A model generated the notes under the pieces. The model saw only the letters and a list, made by a program, of their open reading frames with translations. It made no database searches and was not told where the DNA came from. A stretch of DNA of 64,000 nt from Octopus vulgaris (lineage: Eukaryota): assembly GCA_951406725.2 (NCBI GenBank), contig OX597818.1, positions 79,546,001-79,610,000 on the forward strand, given 5' to 3'. Numbering within the stretch: the stretch's first letter is position 1; each line of letters begins with the position of its first letter. The position numbers were made by a program, and so were the translations under genes. Shown piece after piece: positions 52,390-64,000 of this stretch.

Positions 52390-52914
52390 TGCCCATCAAA
52401 CACCCTACCACTGACCATCCCATCAGCTCACATATGCAAAAACAAACAGCTACACAAAAGACCACCACTTCGGTTACCATAGCTTCTGAATTCTTCCAAC
52501 AACCATCACAGACACAAAGATCACTCACACATACACATATAGACACCTAATACCAACACAACACACACGCGCGCACATAAACAGCTAATACCACACACAA
52601 TACACACGCGCACATCTACACACACACAGAATTACCAACACACACATACATACACACGCACTCAGTTACAACCACACACCACACACACACAGTTACTGCC
52701 AGACACACATACGCATACACACACATGCTATTACACACGCGCGCGTATACCCACATATACACACAGATATCACCTTCTCTTACACTCTCCTGTCTTAGAA
52801 AGCATTTTTTTCTATGTCCATTCACTTCCGGTCATTCCAAAATGTAACTACATGTGGATTGTTGGTGATTTTTTTCCTCCTTCTTCCTTTTCTTTTGGAC
52901 TTTCATCTGTCTTT

Positions 52915-52951
52915 TGTTTCTGAAGAAGAGCTTTGCTCGAAACGTAAAACA
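52915..52951 (+). ncRNA. Ultra-minimal (37-nt) type-I hammerhead ribozyme, intact core
   Basis: TGTTT-CTGAAGA-A-GAGC ttt GCTC-GAAAC-GTA|AAACA; 5-bp stem I, 4-bp stem II, ACGT palindrome instead of stem III. Confidence 0.75.
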
Positions 52952-55171
52952 CTCTTTTTTTCCTTCCCTGATCGTCTTATTAATACTTTGCATGTACCAC
53001 GTACTTGTATCGTTGTTTTTTATTGTTGTTTTTTCTCCGTTTGGGAGGATTAATTATATATACATACACACATACATACATACATATATATATTGTTGCA
53101 CATATAAACATCTTAGACAGCATCGAAAAATAGGTCATACGAATCGTTGTCATGAGGACACTTTCTAATATCTTCAACCCTTGGCCATAGACGTGCTCAG
53201 TTTGTCACACTGATTCTGCATCAGAATTATACTTTAGTTACACGAATCTATGGAATGCTCAGCTAGTTATATGCTAATTCAGGAGTAGGTAATCAATCAA
53301 CTGAATCTTCTTTGTTGAACAACAGGGATCCATTTAGGTAGTTTTAATGAAGTTAGGTGATTTCAGGTAGGATAGAAACCAAGTTTCTTACTTTTTTATC
53401 GCTACTACATTGGGCTCTATTCTTCAGGTCTGCTTCATCTAGTGCCACGCCTATTCAAGTTCATTCAAGCCACTCATCTCTCCTCCTCTCCCTTCCTTCA
53501 TAATATTATTTGTCGCTCCATTCTAGACCAGTAATAACCTGGTATCAAATGTCCTCTCCTGAATGTATGTTGTTTGTATTTAACTCCTCACCCATTTCCA
53601 TCTCCAACTGTTCAAGAACATCAGTCGCATTGATCTCAAAGAGGATCACGGCAACATTCCTTCCTTCCAGACCAAACCATTAAAGCAAACCTCTCGCTGA
53701 CATAGTTTGAAAATAACAGCAACATTACGGACAGGACAGATATTCTTGTTGAGCTGAAATAATCCCACGTGTGTCAATACATGAAATTAAACTGGCAGTG
53801 ACTACAGGAAAATTTGGGACGGATTTTAATATGTGTCCGTGCAGACTGGAATTTGAAGTAAACAGGAATGTGGTAATAACCAATGTGCCAGCCTTGTATG
53901 GAAGTGTTCTGCTTTCAGAACCTTTAAATATGAAGAGTGGCAGGTAAGAGGATCTGGCGAAGTTGGTTCAGAATATGTGTTGTGTATTCTACAATAATGT
54001 TTATGTATGTGCATTATCAAGTTGCAAACAAATCAAAATCTAATTGATGTAAATATTAAGTAACATGCAGATAACGGAGAAAAATAGTCAAGAGACAGAT
54101 TTACTGCAAATTAAGTCGTTTATCTCGATCTCGGTGCAAAACTACCGACAACGAGACAACTTCACTCACTGCTTTGATTTCAGTTTTATATAGAAATGTA
54201 CTCACTGAAACACAACCAAAGTTTTGAAACTGATAAAAGGTTTAGTCATTATTTAATCAACAAACATCGTTAAAATAACTATACTATGGACATACGCCTT
54301 AATCCCTTGAGTAATCTAAAACTTTACGACACAGAAAATATCCTGCCGCTACGCAAACCAATAAATACATAAATTTTGCTGTACACTTCTGGTTTCTGTA
54401 GAATTTAGTATGTATATTCATAGGGTACGTGCAGAACTAAGAGAATCCATGAAATAACGTATCCATTATTAAAACATTCTAACAGATTCGTAGCAGACAT
54501 CAGTATGCATCACAAATAATTTTTCTAGCTTTGACTGAGGAAATATACAATAAGGTCCAAACATCGTGGTGTCTCAAAATCCCTTTACACCAGTGCATCA
54601 CGTACTTTATGAGTACGTATAGTCGAAAGAATGGAAGTGCTCTCCGATGATAAAAAAAGAGCAGTTATCAGATTTTCACGTTCTAATCTGCCAGAATGTA
54701 TTGTGAATAAATCTTGTTTATGTCTAATTCCTTTAAAACTGTGTCTCCAAAAGTTGTTAATTGTTTATTTTTTACAAAGCACTTGTTAAAATAACTACGA
54801 TTGTATAGATTAGTTTGTTTGTTTGTGCGCAATTTCGAAAAGAAGATTTTCATTTACTTTGGAAGAACTAATTTTATAAACAGACACAGCGACGATAGCC
54901 TTGCTAAGAGACATAGAAGAGGAAGAGGTAGCTTTGGTTGTGAGTTGCAAGATACCTCAGAGTCCTCCCCCTACAACCCTCAGATGGAAGGGGAGGAAAG
55001 CGCTCAACTGGTTCAAAGTACAGTGGACCACATTTCCACTATGACAATGAACAGTACAACAACAAAAACAACACAGCACGAGGATTTAATTCCATTTACG
55101 AAACAGAATTCCCCGAAATATACGAGACAATACCAAAGACATCAACTAACAGCGTCAACAATAAGACAACG

Positions 55172-56110
55172 AGCACGGCCATTACCTGCTCCATAACTCT
55201 GCTAAACAGAGATTATAAGATCTTGGCCAAGATATTAGCCAAGACGTTGGTGCTTGTCGTCTATAAGCTGGTCGGTGACGCACAGACACGCCCTATCCCA
55301 AACATCTATCTACGACAACCTCTACCTCACGCGTTACGTTATAGAGAGGCTGGGTTAGGAACATGGCATGCGTGTGCCCTGATCAATTTGGATCAATCGA
55401 AATCTTTTGATACGATGAACCACCAATACTTGGAAGCTATCATCGCGGTAGCCGGTTTCGATTCCGTTTTAAGAGGCTAGATCGCTACAGTGCTGAGCGA
55501 CATCTGTTCGGTGGCCAAAGTAAATGGCCACCTATCGGAATCGTTTAGCATCGCACGTTCGGTCCGTCAAGGATACTCACTCTCACCACAACTTCTGTAC
55601 GAGTTGGCCATCGAGCCATTTCTGCGAAACTGGATGTTTCGAGGGATATCCCGCGGGAACTAGGATGCAGAAGGTTCGTGTCGGCTTATGCGGACGACGT
55701 CACCGTAATAATATTGCATATATCCGAAATCGAGGTGATTGGCACTGCCGTAAGGGAGTACGAAGCGGTGACAAGAGCAAAGATTAATAAGAAATCGGTG
55801 GGCCTGCAGCTCGGCACCAAGAGAGAGCAGATCCTTGCCGACCGACAGTGTCGTAGGGTGATGAAACCGTTCTGCATGCAGTTGTCAAGTCTGTGGGCAT
55901 TGCTGACTTGTGGAGCATTGTCGAAGAACCGTCGACGTGTGTAGGACGAATTCGGTCATCAGCCGAATCCATCGTGAGAATCCTCCTGCTAACGTCTTTT
56001 GACCGGGAATGGAAGGCAATTTTTTATTGTCTGGTGGCTATGGCGAAAGGAGCTAGATACTGAAAACTGTCTTCAGTCAAAGACCTCCTACACCACATTA
56101 CTGTGGTGTA
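55172..56110 (+). pseudogene. L1/Tx1-clade reverse transcriptase remnant
   Basis: RPI..TLLNRDYKILAKILA, INLDQSKSFDTMNH, VNGHLSESFSIARSVRQGYSLSP, SAYADDVTV, AKINKKS. Confidence 0.85.
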
Positions 56111-56237
56111 GGAGACGTGTATTCCACTTGGCCATACTAACTTGTAAGATTTTGGAGACTACAAGAGGGATCTTATATATCTCAAAGGCCTTGAGTAGCC
56201 AGTCATGTGGGAAACTATCAAACGCTTTTGGTTTGCG

Positions 56238-56296
<59 letters not shown>

Positions 56297-56297
<1 letters not shown>

Positions 56298-57095
56298 GAC
56301 ATCGTGAGGTTGTTGATTGAAGATACTGTGTCTACTGTTTTTCCAGTGTACTGTTTTTCAAGTCACAACAAGGACTTCAGATAGACAGTACTTTACGCAA
56401 TATGCGTTCAGTCTCCAAGTAATGCTGACTTTTGCAATACATCTAGAGTGTAGGGTATTTCTAAGGTTTTCAGATGTTTTTTTCAGATTGGGTGGTGTTG
56501 AACCCAATTCTCCGATGGCAATAGGGATAACCTTTATGTCCGACTCTCGTGGCTGCCACATCTTTTCGCCCATTACCTTTTCCGGTGTATGTTGGTACCA
56601 AGCACCCGCAAACTCAGATCCACATTTACGGCAATGTAGACAGTGGAGGTTTTTGGGCTACTTTGTGTCTACGATTGTACTCTTTCTGCGCAAGACTTTT
56701 ATAAGCACTATCAATGTGATTCACTTTCAACCCTCTTTCCACACATTCTGCAGAGGTCCGATGCACTTATGTGGTATATATTCTTATTCACTTAGCCAGC
56801 ATTCAATGCCTTGTCCTGGGCCGAGTTCAGTAGGTTTTCAGTATTATTTTTCTGGTCACCTTTGTTGAGCCACCTCCATGAAGCCTCCTGGTCTTTTAAT
56901 TAGTTGGTTTCACAGTGGAAATGACCATGTAATTCCATACGAAGTAGGGTTTCTTCTCTCTCGTTGGCTGTTCTTGTTCGGAATTCATGAGCACTCTGAA
57001 GTCTGTTTTTGTGAACTCTTTCTGCACTAGCAGCATACTGTAGCAAGTCTTCTTTGCTGTTTACCTAATATTCTGCTACGTTTCTTCCATCAACC
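56297..57095 (-). pseudogene. R4/Dong-like LINE 3' remnant beside (TAA)n
   Basis: LHGHF..SWRWLNKGD..TENLLNSAQDKAL..CRMCGKRVES; VIPIAIGELG. Confidence 0.7.
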
Positions 57096-57104
57096 CTTGT
57101 GCTC

Positions 57105-57745
57105 ACCCGGTACTTGCTTTGTTGACCCCGATAGAATGAAAGACAAACTCGACCGCGGAGGAATTTGAACTCAGAATGTAAAGACGGGCGAAATGTCGTT
57201 AAGCATTCTGTCTGGAGTGCTAATGATTCTGCCAGCTCACCGCCTTAATAATGATAATGGTTTTCAAATTTTGGCACAAGGACAGCAATTATGAGTGAGT
57301 TGGTAATTTGATTACATCGACCACACTGTTCAACTAGTACTTATCTTATTAGCCCCCAAAAGTTGAAAGGCAAAGTCAACCTCGACGGAATTTGAATCCA
57401 TAAAGTAAGGACGGACAAAATGCCGGTAAACATTTTCTCCAGCATGCTAGCGATTGTGCCAGCTCGCGGCCTTAATAAAAAATAATAATAATCATTTCTA
57501 CTATAAGCAGAAGGCCCTGAAATGTGTGGGGAGGGGACTAGTCGATTACATCGACCCTAGTGTTTTACTGCTACTTAATTTTTCGACCCCTAAGGATGAA
57601 AGCCAAAGTCGACCTCGGTAGAATTTGAACTCAGAACGTCGCGGCAGGCGAAATACCGCTAATCATTTCGTCCAGAACGCTAACGAATGTGCGAGCTCAC
57701 CGCTTTAGAAAAAAATAATAATGATGATGATAATCTTTTTTACTA
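57105..57745 (-). mobile_element. Tandem array of three to four SINE family B copies
   Basis: Repeated GAATTTGAACTCAGAA..GCCAGCTCACCGCCTTAATAA. Confidence 0.75.
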
Positions 57746-57964
57746 TTGGCAGAATGCCTGCAATTTTGGTTGGGGTGAGATAGTCGATAATATCAATGCA
57801 CTGTGTATCTTGATATGAGGTCACCATGTCATGCACATATAGTTGTGATGCATGTGCCTGATATATTCTTATCAGACGGGTAGTGACGATGGATATATTG
57901 GGCTTCGTATATTTGTACTCAAGCATTACTTTGATGGCATGCGCCATTACAATACCAGTGTATT

Positions 57965-58230
57965 ACAATACCAGTGTTTTTAGGAGCACTAGTAATGATC
58001 ATAAAGAAACTGAAAATTATTTGAGAATGATCCCTGGCTTATCATCCCTGCAAGAAGTGCAAAAGATTGTTTTAATTGGTACGTCACAGGTATTGAGAAG
58101 AGCATAGTCGATGCTGAACCATTACTACCTGTATGTTTAATTTAATGGCTTACCAATACAGTGAGTTCCTTTGCCCTAGAAATCGGGAAGACACTCGGCA
58201 GAAATGGAAACAAAATTGAAAGAAGAAGGG
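57965..58230 (+). pseudogene. R4/Dong-like LINE extreme 3' end
   Basis: ENYLRMIPGLSSLQEVQKIVLIGTSQVLRRA*. Confidence 0.6.
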
Positions 58231-58392
58231 TTTTTTTTTGTAATGATAGTAATATGCGCTGATATGAGATCACCATATCACGCATATATTCTTCTGGCGC
58301 ATGTGCCTGGTGTACCCTTATCAGAGGGGTAGTCATGACGGGTATATTTGTACTCCTGTGTCACTTTGATGGCATGCCTTGCTCCCCCACTC

Positions 58393-58470
<78 letters not shown>

Positions 58471-58635
58471 AAGAAGAAGAAGAAGAAGAAGAAGAAGAAG
58501 AAGAAGAAGAGTTTCTGATGAAGGCACAAGGCCAAAAATTTGGAGTTGAGGATACCATCGACCACGGCACTTTATTTTATCGCCCCAGGAGCGATGACAA
58601 ATAAAGTTGATCTCGGTGGAATTTGAACTCAGAAT

Positions 58636-59053
58636 ACTCCTTACTCTTACTCTTTTTCTTGTTTCAGTCATGTGACTGTGACCATGCTGGAACACCGCCT
58701 TTAGTCGAGCAAATCGACCCAGGACTCATTTTTTGTAAGCCCAGTACTTAATCTATCGGTCCCTTTTGCCGAACCGCTAAGTTACGAGGACGTAAACACA
58801 CCAGCGTCGGCTGTCAAGCGATGTTGGGGGGAACAAACACAGACACAAAAACAAATACACACACATACAATTATATATATATACATATATACGACGGGCT
58901 TCTTTCAGTTTCCGTCCACAAAATCCACTCTCAAGGTTTTGGTCGGGCCAAGGCTATAGTAGAAGACACTTGCCCAAGGTGCCACGCAGTGGGACTGAAC
59001 CCAGAACCATGTGGTTCGTAAGCAAGCTATTTACCACACAGTCACTCCTACGC
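58636..59053 (-). mobile_element. SINE family A, full length
   Basis: Reverse complement of family A, head to tail. Confidence 0.85.
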
Positions 59054-59188
59054 ATTATTTCTTAAATATCCTTTATTTGCCGAAAGATAATGTTACATTT
59101 TTATCATAATATTAATTTTTTTATGACATTAATAACTTTTTTTTAAGAATAGCAAAAAAGAGTAAATAATACCGATAATAATAATAAA

Positions 59189-59224
<36 letters not shown>

Positions 59225-59729
59225 GTTTTTGTTTTTTGTTGTTTTTTTTCAATGATAATTCTTATCCATTCTTAGCACACCGGCGAACTTTTAGTGAATG
59301 TCTTACGGAGAATCGGTTTCAGACAGAATTAACGTTAGCGGTCATCACGGATCATTGAATAGTTTCGTTAAGTATCTCGCCTGTTCTAATAGTCTATAGC
59401 ATTTCTCGGCTGTACCAAGTTTATTTAAATACACTGACAAAAACTTCTCTTACGCTTCGCTTCATAATAACAGCGCCAACGCGTCGCCCATTGCCAATTC
59501 TAAGCAAGAACTGAAACGAAGAGACAACATATTGCTGGCATCGTATTTATTTTCATTGGTCAATGAATAACCAATGAGGCACTACTTTGGATACAACTAC
59601 ACATATATATATCCGCCGGTGTTACACTTTGATGTGTGCGGCAATTGTATTGCCCGCATTATCCAATATCAGGACACAAAGTCAAGCATTGCTAAAATGA
59701 TTCAATGTCTATAGATATGTATATATATA

Positions 59730-59770
<41 letters not shown>

Positions 59771-59773
59771 CAC

Positions 59774-59804
<31 letters not shown>

Positions 59805-59811
59805 CATACAC

Positions 59812-59851
<40 letters not shown>

Positions 59852-59956
59852 CACACATACATATACGTATGAAGAGTGTATGTGTATTTGTATTTAAGTT
59901 TCAATATGTATGTATATGTGTGTATATATATATATATGTGTGTGTGTATGTCTACA

Positions 59957-59999
<43 letters not shown>

Positions 60000-60462
60000 A
60001 CATGTGTGCGTATATTTTTTCGTATGTTGGTATGTATACATATGTATTTATTCACATAAAATTATCTCGATAGATACATGACTATGTATATGTGTGTACA
60101 TGTGTAACCGTGCATTTATGCGATTGTGTGTTTGTGTATGTGTGTGTGTGTGTCACTGTATTGCAAGAGTCATTAAAAATGGCGCCGGTGGGGCTGAATA
60201 GCAAAATATTAAATATCCTATCAAAATGTGTACGCTTCATTTAGTAAAATGAAATATACTGCTATTGTATTAATATGTTTTTCGAATGAATCGCAAGCCA
60301 GCAGACAGATGATGAGTGTCGTAAAATAAGCGAAAATGTTTACGGCATTAAGTCGACCATCGTAGTTATCTGTCTTTATATAATAGGGTTTATATGTACT
60401 CATCTCCAAAGATAACGAAACCGAATACACGTAATGTCATACCTATTCCAAGCAAATTGTGT

Positions 60463-60501
<39 letters not shown>

Positions 60502-60557
60502 TGTGTGTATGAAACAGAGAATGAAAGGGGGCAGTTGCAGGAGTGAGTGTCTTTATG

Positions 60558-60653
<96 letters not shown>

Positions 60654-60657
60654 CATG

Positions 60658-60690
<33 letters not shown>

Positions 60691-61232
60691 GTGTGTGTAT
60701 GTGTGTGTGTGTGTGTGTGTGTGTATTTATGTACACGCGCATATATATATATACATATATATATATATAGATATACATATATATACATATATATATAGAT
60801 ATACATATATATATATACACACACACACATATATATACACACACAATGTGTCTATGTATGTATGTATCTATGTATATATGTATGCGCGCATATACGTATA
60901 TATTAGCAAAAGCAAGCAATAAATGCATGCACTCGTCTTCTGCATTGAGTACTTTTTGCCTGTATAGTAAATCAAGATTACACACGCGCAAACATACGCA
61001 CATACACATACACACATATACCCATACTCATACACATACACACACCTATACATAGATCACATTATTTACTTTCATACATATATACTTATTTTTTGGCACG
61101 GCTTACTACACATTTATGTACCCAAGTATATTTAACACATGTGTAGGTGTCCTATGCGCATTTGTATGACTATGCAGATATAAGTGTATATGTGTATGCG
61201 CATCCGGGTGTATATGGGTATGTATGCATGTA

Positions 61233-61281
<49 letters not shown>

Positions 61282-61301
61282 ATATACATATATATACATA
61301 C

Positions 61302-61359
<58 letters not shown>

Positions 61360-61934
61360 ATCGACATAATAGAATTAGCCAAGTGTACAGATCAATAACG
61401 TCTCAATGTTTTTAGTAAATTCAAGCTGAAATTTTTCTATTCGACAACCTGAAGCTTAATACGTCCGTCTGGGTGCTTATGGTTCTTTGAGTCAAGTTAG
61501 TATTGCACGAACAGAGTCTGAAAAAAATGTTGCGTAATTCACACTTTGGCACACAGAGACACACACAGCCAAACGCATACACTGATCGACAGTGACACAT
61601 ACACCCACACATATACCTATATATATACTTACATATAGACATATACATACATGCATACCCACGAACAATTTTTTTCACAGTCAAACTTGGTTTGGTAATG
61701 GTTGTATCACTCGAATAAAATATTACACAATTCATTCTGTCTCTCCCCTTTCTCCCTATCTCCCCCTCCCTTTTTCACTCTCTCTCTCTCTCTACCTTTT
61801 TTCTCTCTTTCTCTTTCATATACGCAGACATTCACAAACCGATGACCAATACTCACAACCATGTGTGTATGATCGTCAGTATTGGAGGTGTTTGAGTATG
61901 TGTACGATAAGTATATATATATATATATTTATGT

Positions 61935-61968
<34 letters not shown>

Positions 61969-62190
61969 AAGTGTGTACATATATATATATATCCATTTAT
62001 GTAATATAAATATAAAACTATATCTATATATTTATAGATATATGTGTATATATATTTATGGATACGTGTGTGTATATATGTATATATTTATATATTTATA
62101 TATATATATATATATGTATGTATGTACATATATATATATATAAGTATACATAGATGCATGTATATATACATACATACTGAGAGACATAAT

Positions 62191-62271
<81 letters not shown>

Positions 62272-62640
62272 AAATGTTACATAATATATACTTCGTTGCT
62301 TCATTGCTATTCTGAAATATTGCTTCAAACCATTGTATGGAAATTGTTCCAAATTTGGTATTTTGAACTCTAGTACCGCAGTATCCTCATCTGAGTTTTT
62401 GGCAATAAATATCTTTAAATATCTTTTGCAATAAATATCTTTAGTACTATGTTTTTACGGTGACTGTGTAAAGTTAATGACTGTCTTGAGTTCTATACTT
62501 ATAGGAGGATGACAGAAGTAGCCAAAGACAGTTCAATTGAACCATATACCTTGAAAGAATTTTGGTTCAATATACAGTCGAATTATATATAACTTCTGTT
62601 TACTGAACGAGATTTATCCCCCACCTCTCTCTTTCTCTTT

Positions 62641-62673
<33 letters not shown>

Positions 62674-62679
62674 AAAACT

Positions 62680-63150
62680 TATTCATACGATGATTAATTA
62701 TCTTTAAATATGTCCATATTTCATATATTTTGGAGTTTTTTTTAGTTAGACCAAAATTGAGCGAAGACACCAGAAAGGTATGATGCTGCGGTTTTTGTCT
62801 GAGAGAAACTCTCTTCATAAATACAATGTATACTTGAACGAGGCGAATATGTACAGCAACATGCTTTTCAACAGTATCATCATATCTTTCAACGCAGTAA
62901 CTAGTGCAGTAAATTATCTTGTGGTAGCGCTCTCTTTTCAGTTGGTGATATTGTTTTTATCTTTAATATTGTTGTCGTGGAGAAGGATGCAACATGAGTC
63001 CAATCTGAGTTCTTGTTTTGATTTCCATTTATAGCCGGGAAGCAGCGTCCTTGACAAAACCCTGAATACATTTCCCTTTCTTAATCCCGCTGGACTCAAT
63101 AAACAGAAACTACATTGACACTACCACTGATTCTCCTGAGAATAAAAAAC
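62680..63150 (-). pseudogene. Ancient hAT (Buster/Charlie-like) transposase remnant
   Basis: Minus-strand scraps ESSGIKKGKCIQGFVKDAA and WTH..CILLH resemble W.KC..I.TDGA / WTHC.LH; a nearby plus-strand scrap (62500-62590, TLKEFWFNIQSNY) resembles the hAT dimerisation domain. Confidence 0.35.
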
Positions 63151-63629
63151 AAAAACTTTTTTTTCGGTTTATTATAAAGGAACCAGTATCATTGACAATC
63201 TTGCTTTTGTTGGCTTCAGACCAACTTTTATCGTGCAATTTTATTACCAAAGGTATTCAATCGGTGACAAACCAGTCTTTTAGCAATATCTTGGACAATA
63301 TTAAAATAAGATCTTTGACTTTTTTTATGAGGTTTAATTAAGAGAAATTTGTATTTCTCGCACATCGAGTAACCTCCTTGTGGTTTCCTCATTACCTTGT
63401 TATGATTAACACAAGAAACTCCTCTAGAAGGTTTCCTTCCGAGATACTGCAGCGACCAAAGTGGTTCTAAGTTTGTCGTTTAGAACATGATTGAAATCTC
63501 TTTTCTCTCTGAAATTTTTATTAGCTTAATGTGAACTAGAATCGTTCGTGAGTCTTAATTTCCACTTCTAACTGCTGATTTGTCACGAGCATTTAATAGG
63601 GAGATCTATGTTACAGATATCTTTTTGTT

Positions 63630-63812
63630 ATCTATTACTCGTTTCAGTCATTGGACTACGGCCATGCTGAGGCATCACTTTGGAGGGTTTAGTCAAACAA
63701 ATTGATCCCAGTGCATAGTTTTCTCTAGTCAGGTCCCTTTTGCCAAACTACTAAATTATAGGGACGTAATCAAACCAGTATTGGTTATCAAGCGATGGTA
63801 GGTTGCAAACAC
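63630..63812 (-). mobile_element. SINE family A 3' half, diverged
   Basis: GTTTCAGTCATTGGACTACGGCCATGCT..GGGACGTAA..GGTTATCAAGCG. Confidence 0.65.
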
Positions 63813-63824
63813 ACACAATTGTGT

Positions 63825-63873
<49 letters not shown>

Positions 63874-64000
63874 GGTAAGATCCGAGGATCAAGGTGTAGG
63901 AAGTTAGTAAGCTTCAAGCAGTCCATATACATGGGGTTGCTGTGTTGCTGTGTATGCGAATAAAAATCCAAATTTAGGGAATGGAATTGATAAAATCCAG

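Noticed and set aside
53907-53949. Apparent 25-nt micro-exon (ttctgctttcag...CAG|gtaaga)
   Set aside because: No partner exons identifiable; the motif can occur by chance within what looks like a decayed LINE region
62780-63034. 84-aa hydrophobic ORF
   Set aside because: No recognisable family; the opposite strand shows hAT-like transposase scraps

Overview
Very AT-rich eukaryotic DNA saturated with (TA)n/(TG)n/(TATG)n/(TAGA)n/(TAA)n microsatellites and transposon debris. The tRNA-derived SINE families resemble those of Octopus (coleoid cephalopod); this taxonomic call is inference. No intact host gene is supported, and most ORF-track entries are microsatellite translations. Recognisable content: three or four SINE families, Tc1/mariner (mariner, maT-like, rosa-like), Tigger and hAT relics, non-autonomous Helitrons/HINE, and RTE, CR1, R4/Dong-like, Tx1/L1 and Penelope-like (PLE, GIY-YIG) fragments. 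The most striking unannotated signal is about ten minimal type-I hammerhead ribozyme (HHR) loci read by eye. They sit in short non-coding elements with terminal direct repeats (364-469 nt periods) or head-to-head palindromes, which looks like several retrozyme/PLE-satellite families beside degenerate PLE helpers. In one element the junction falls at the predicted self-cleavage site.
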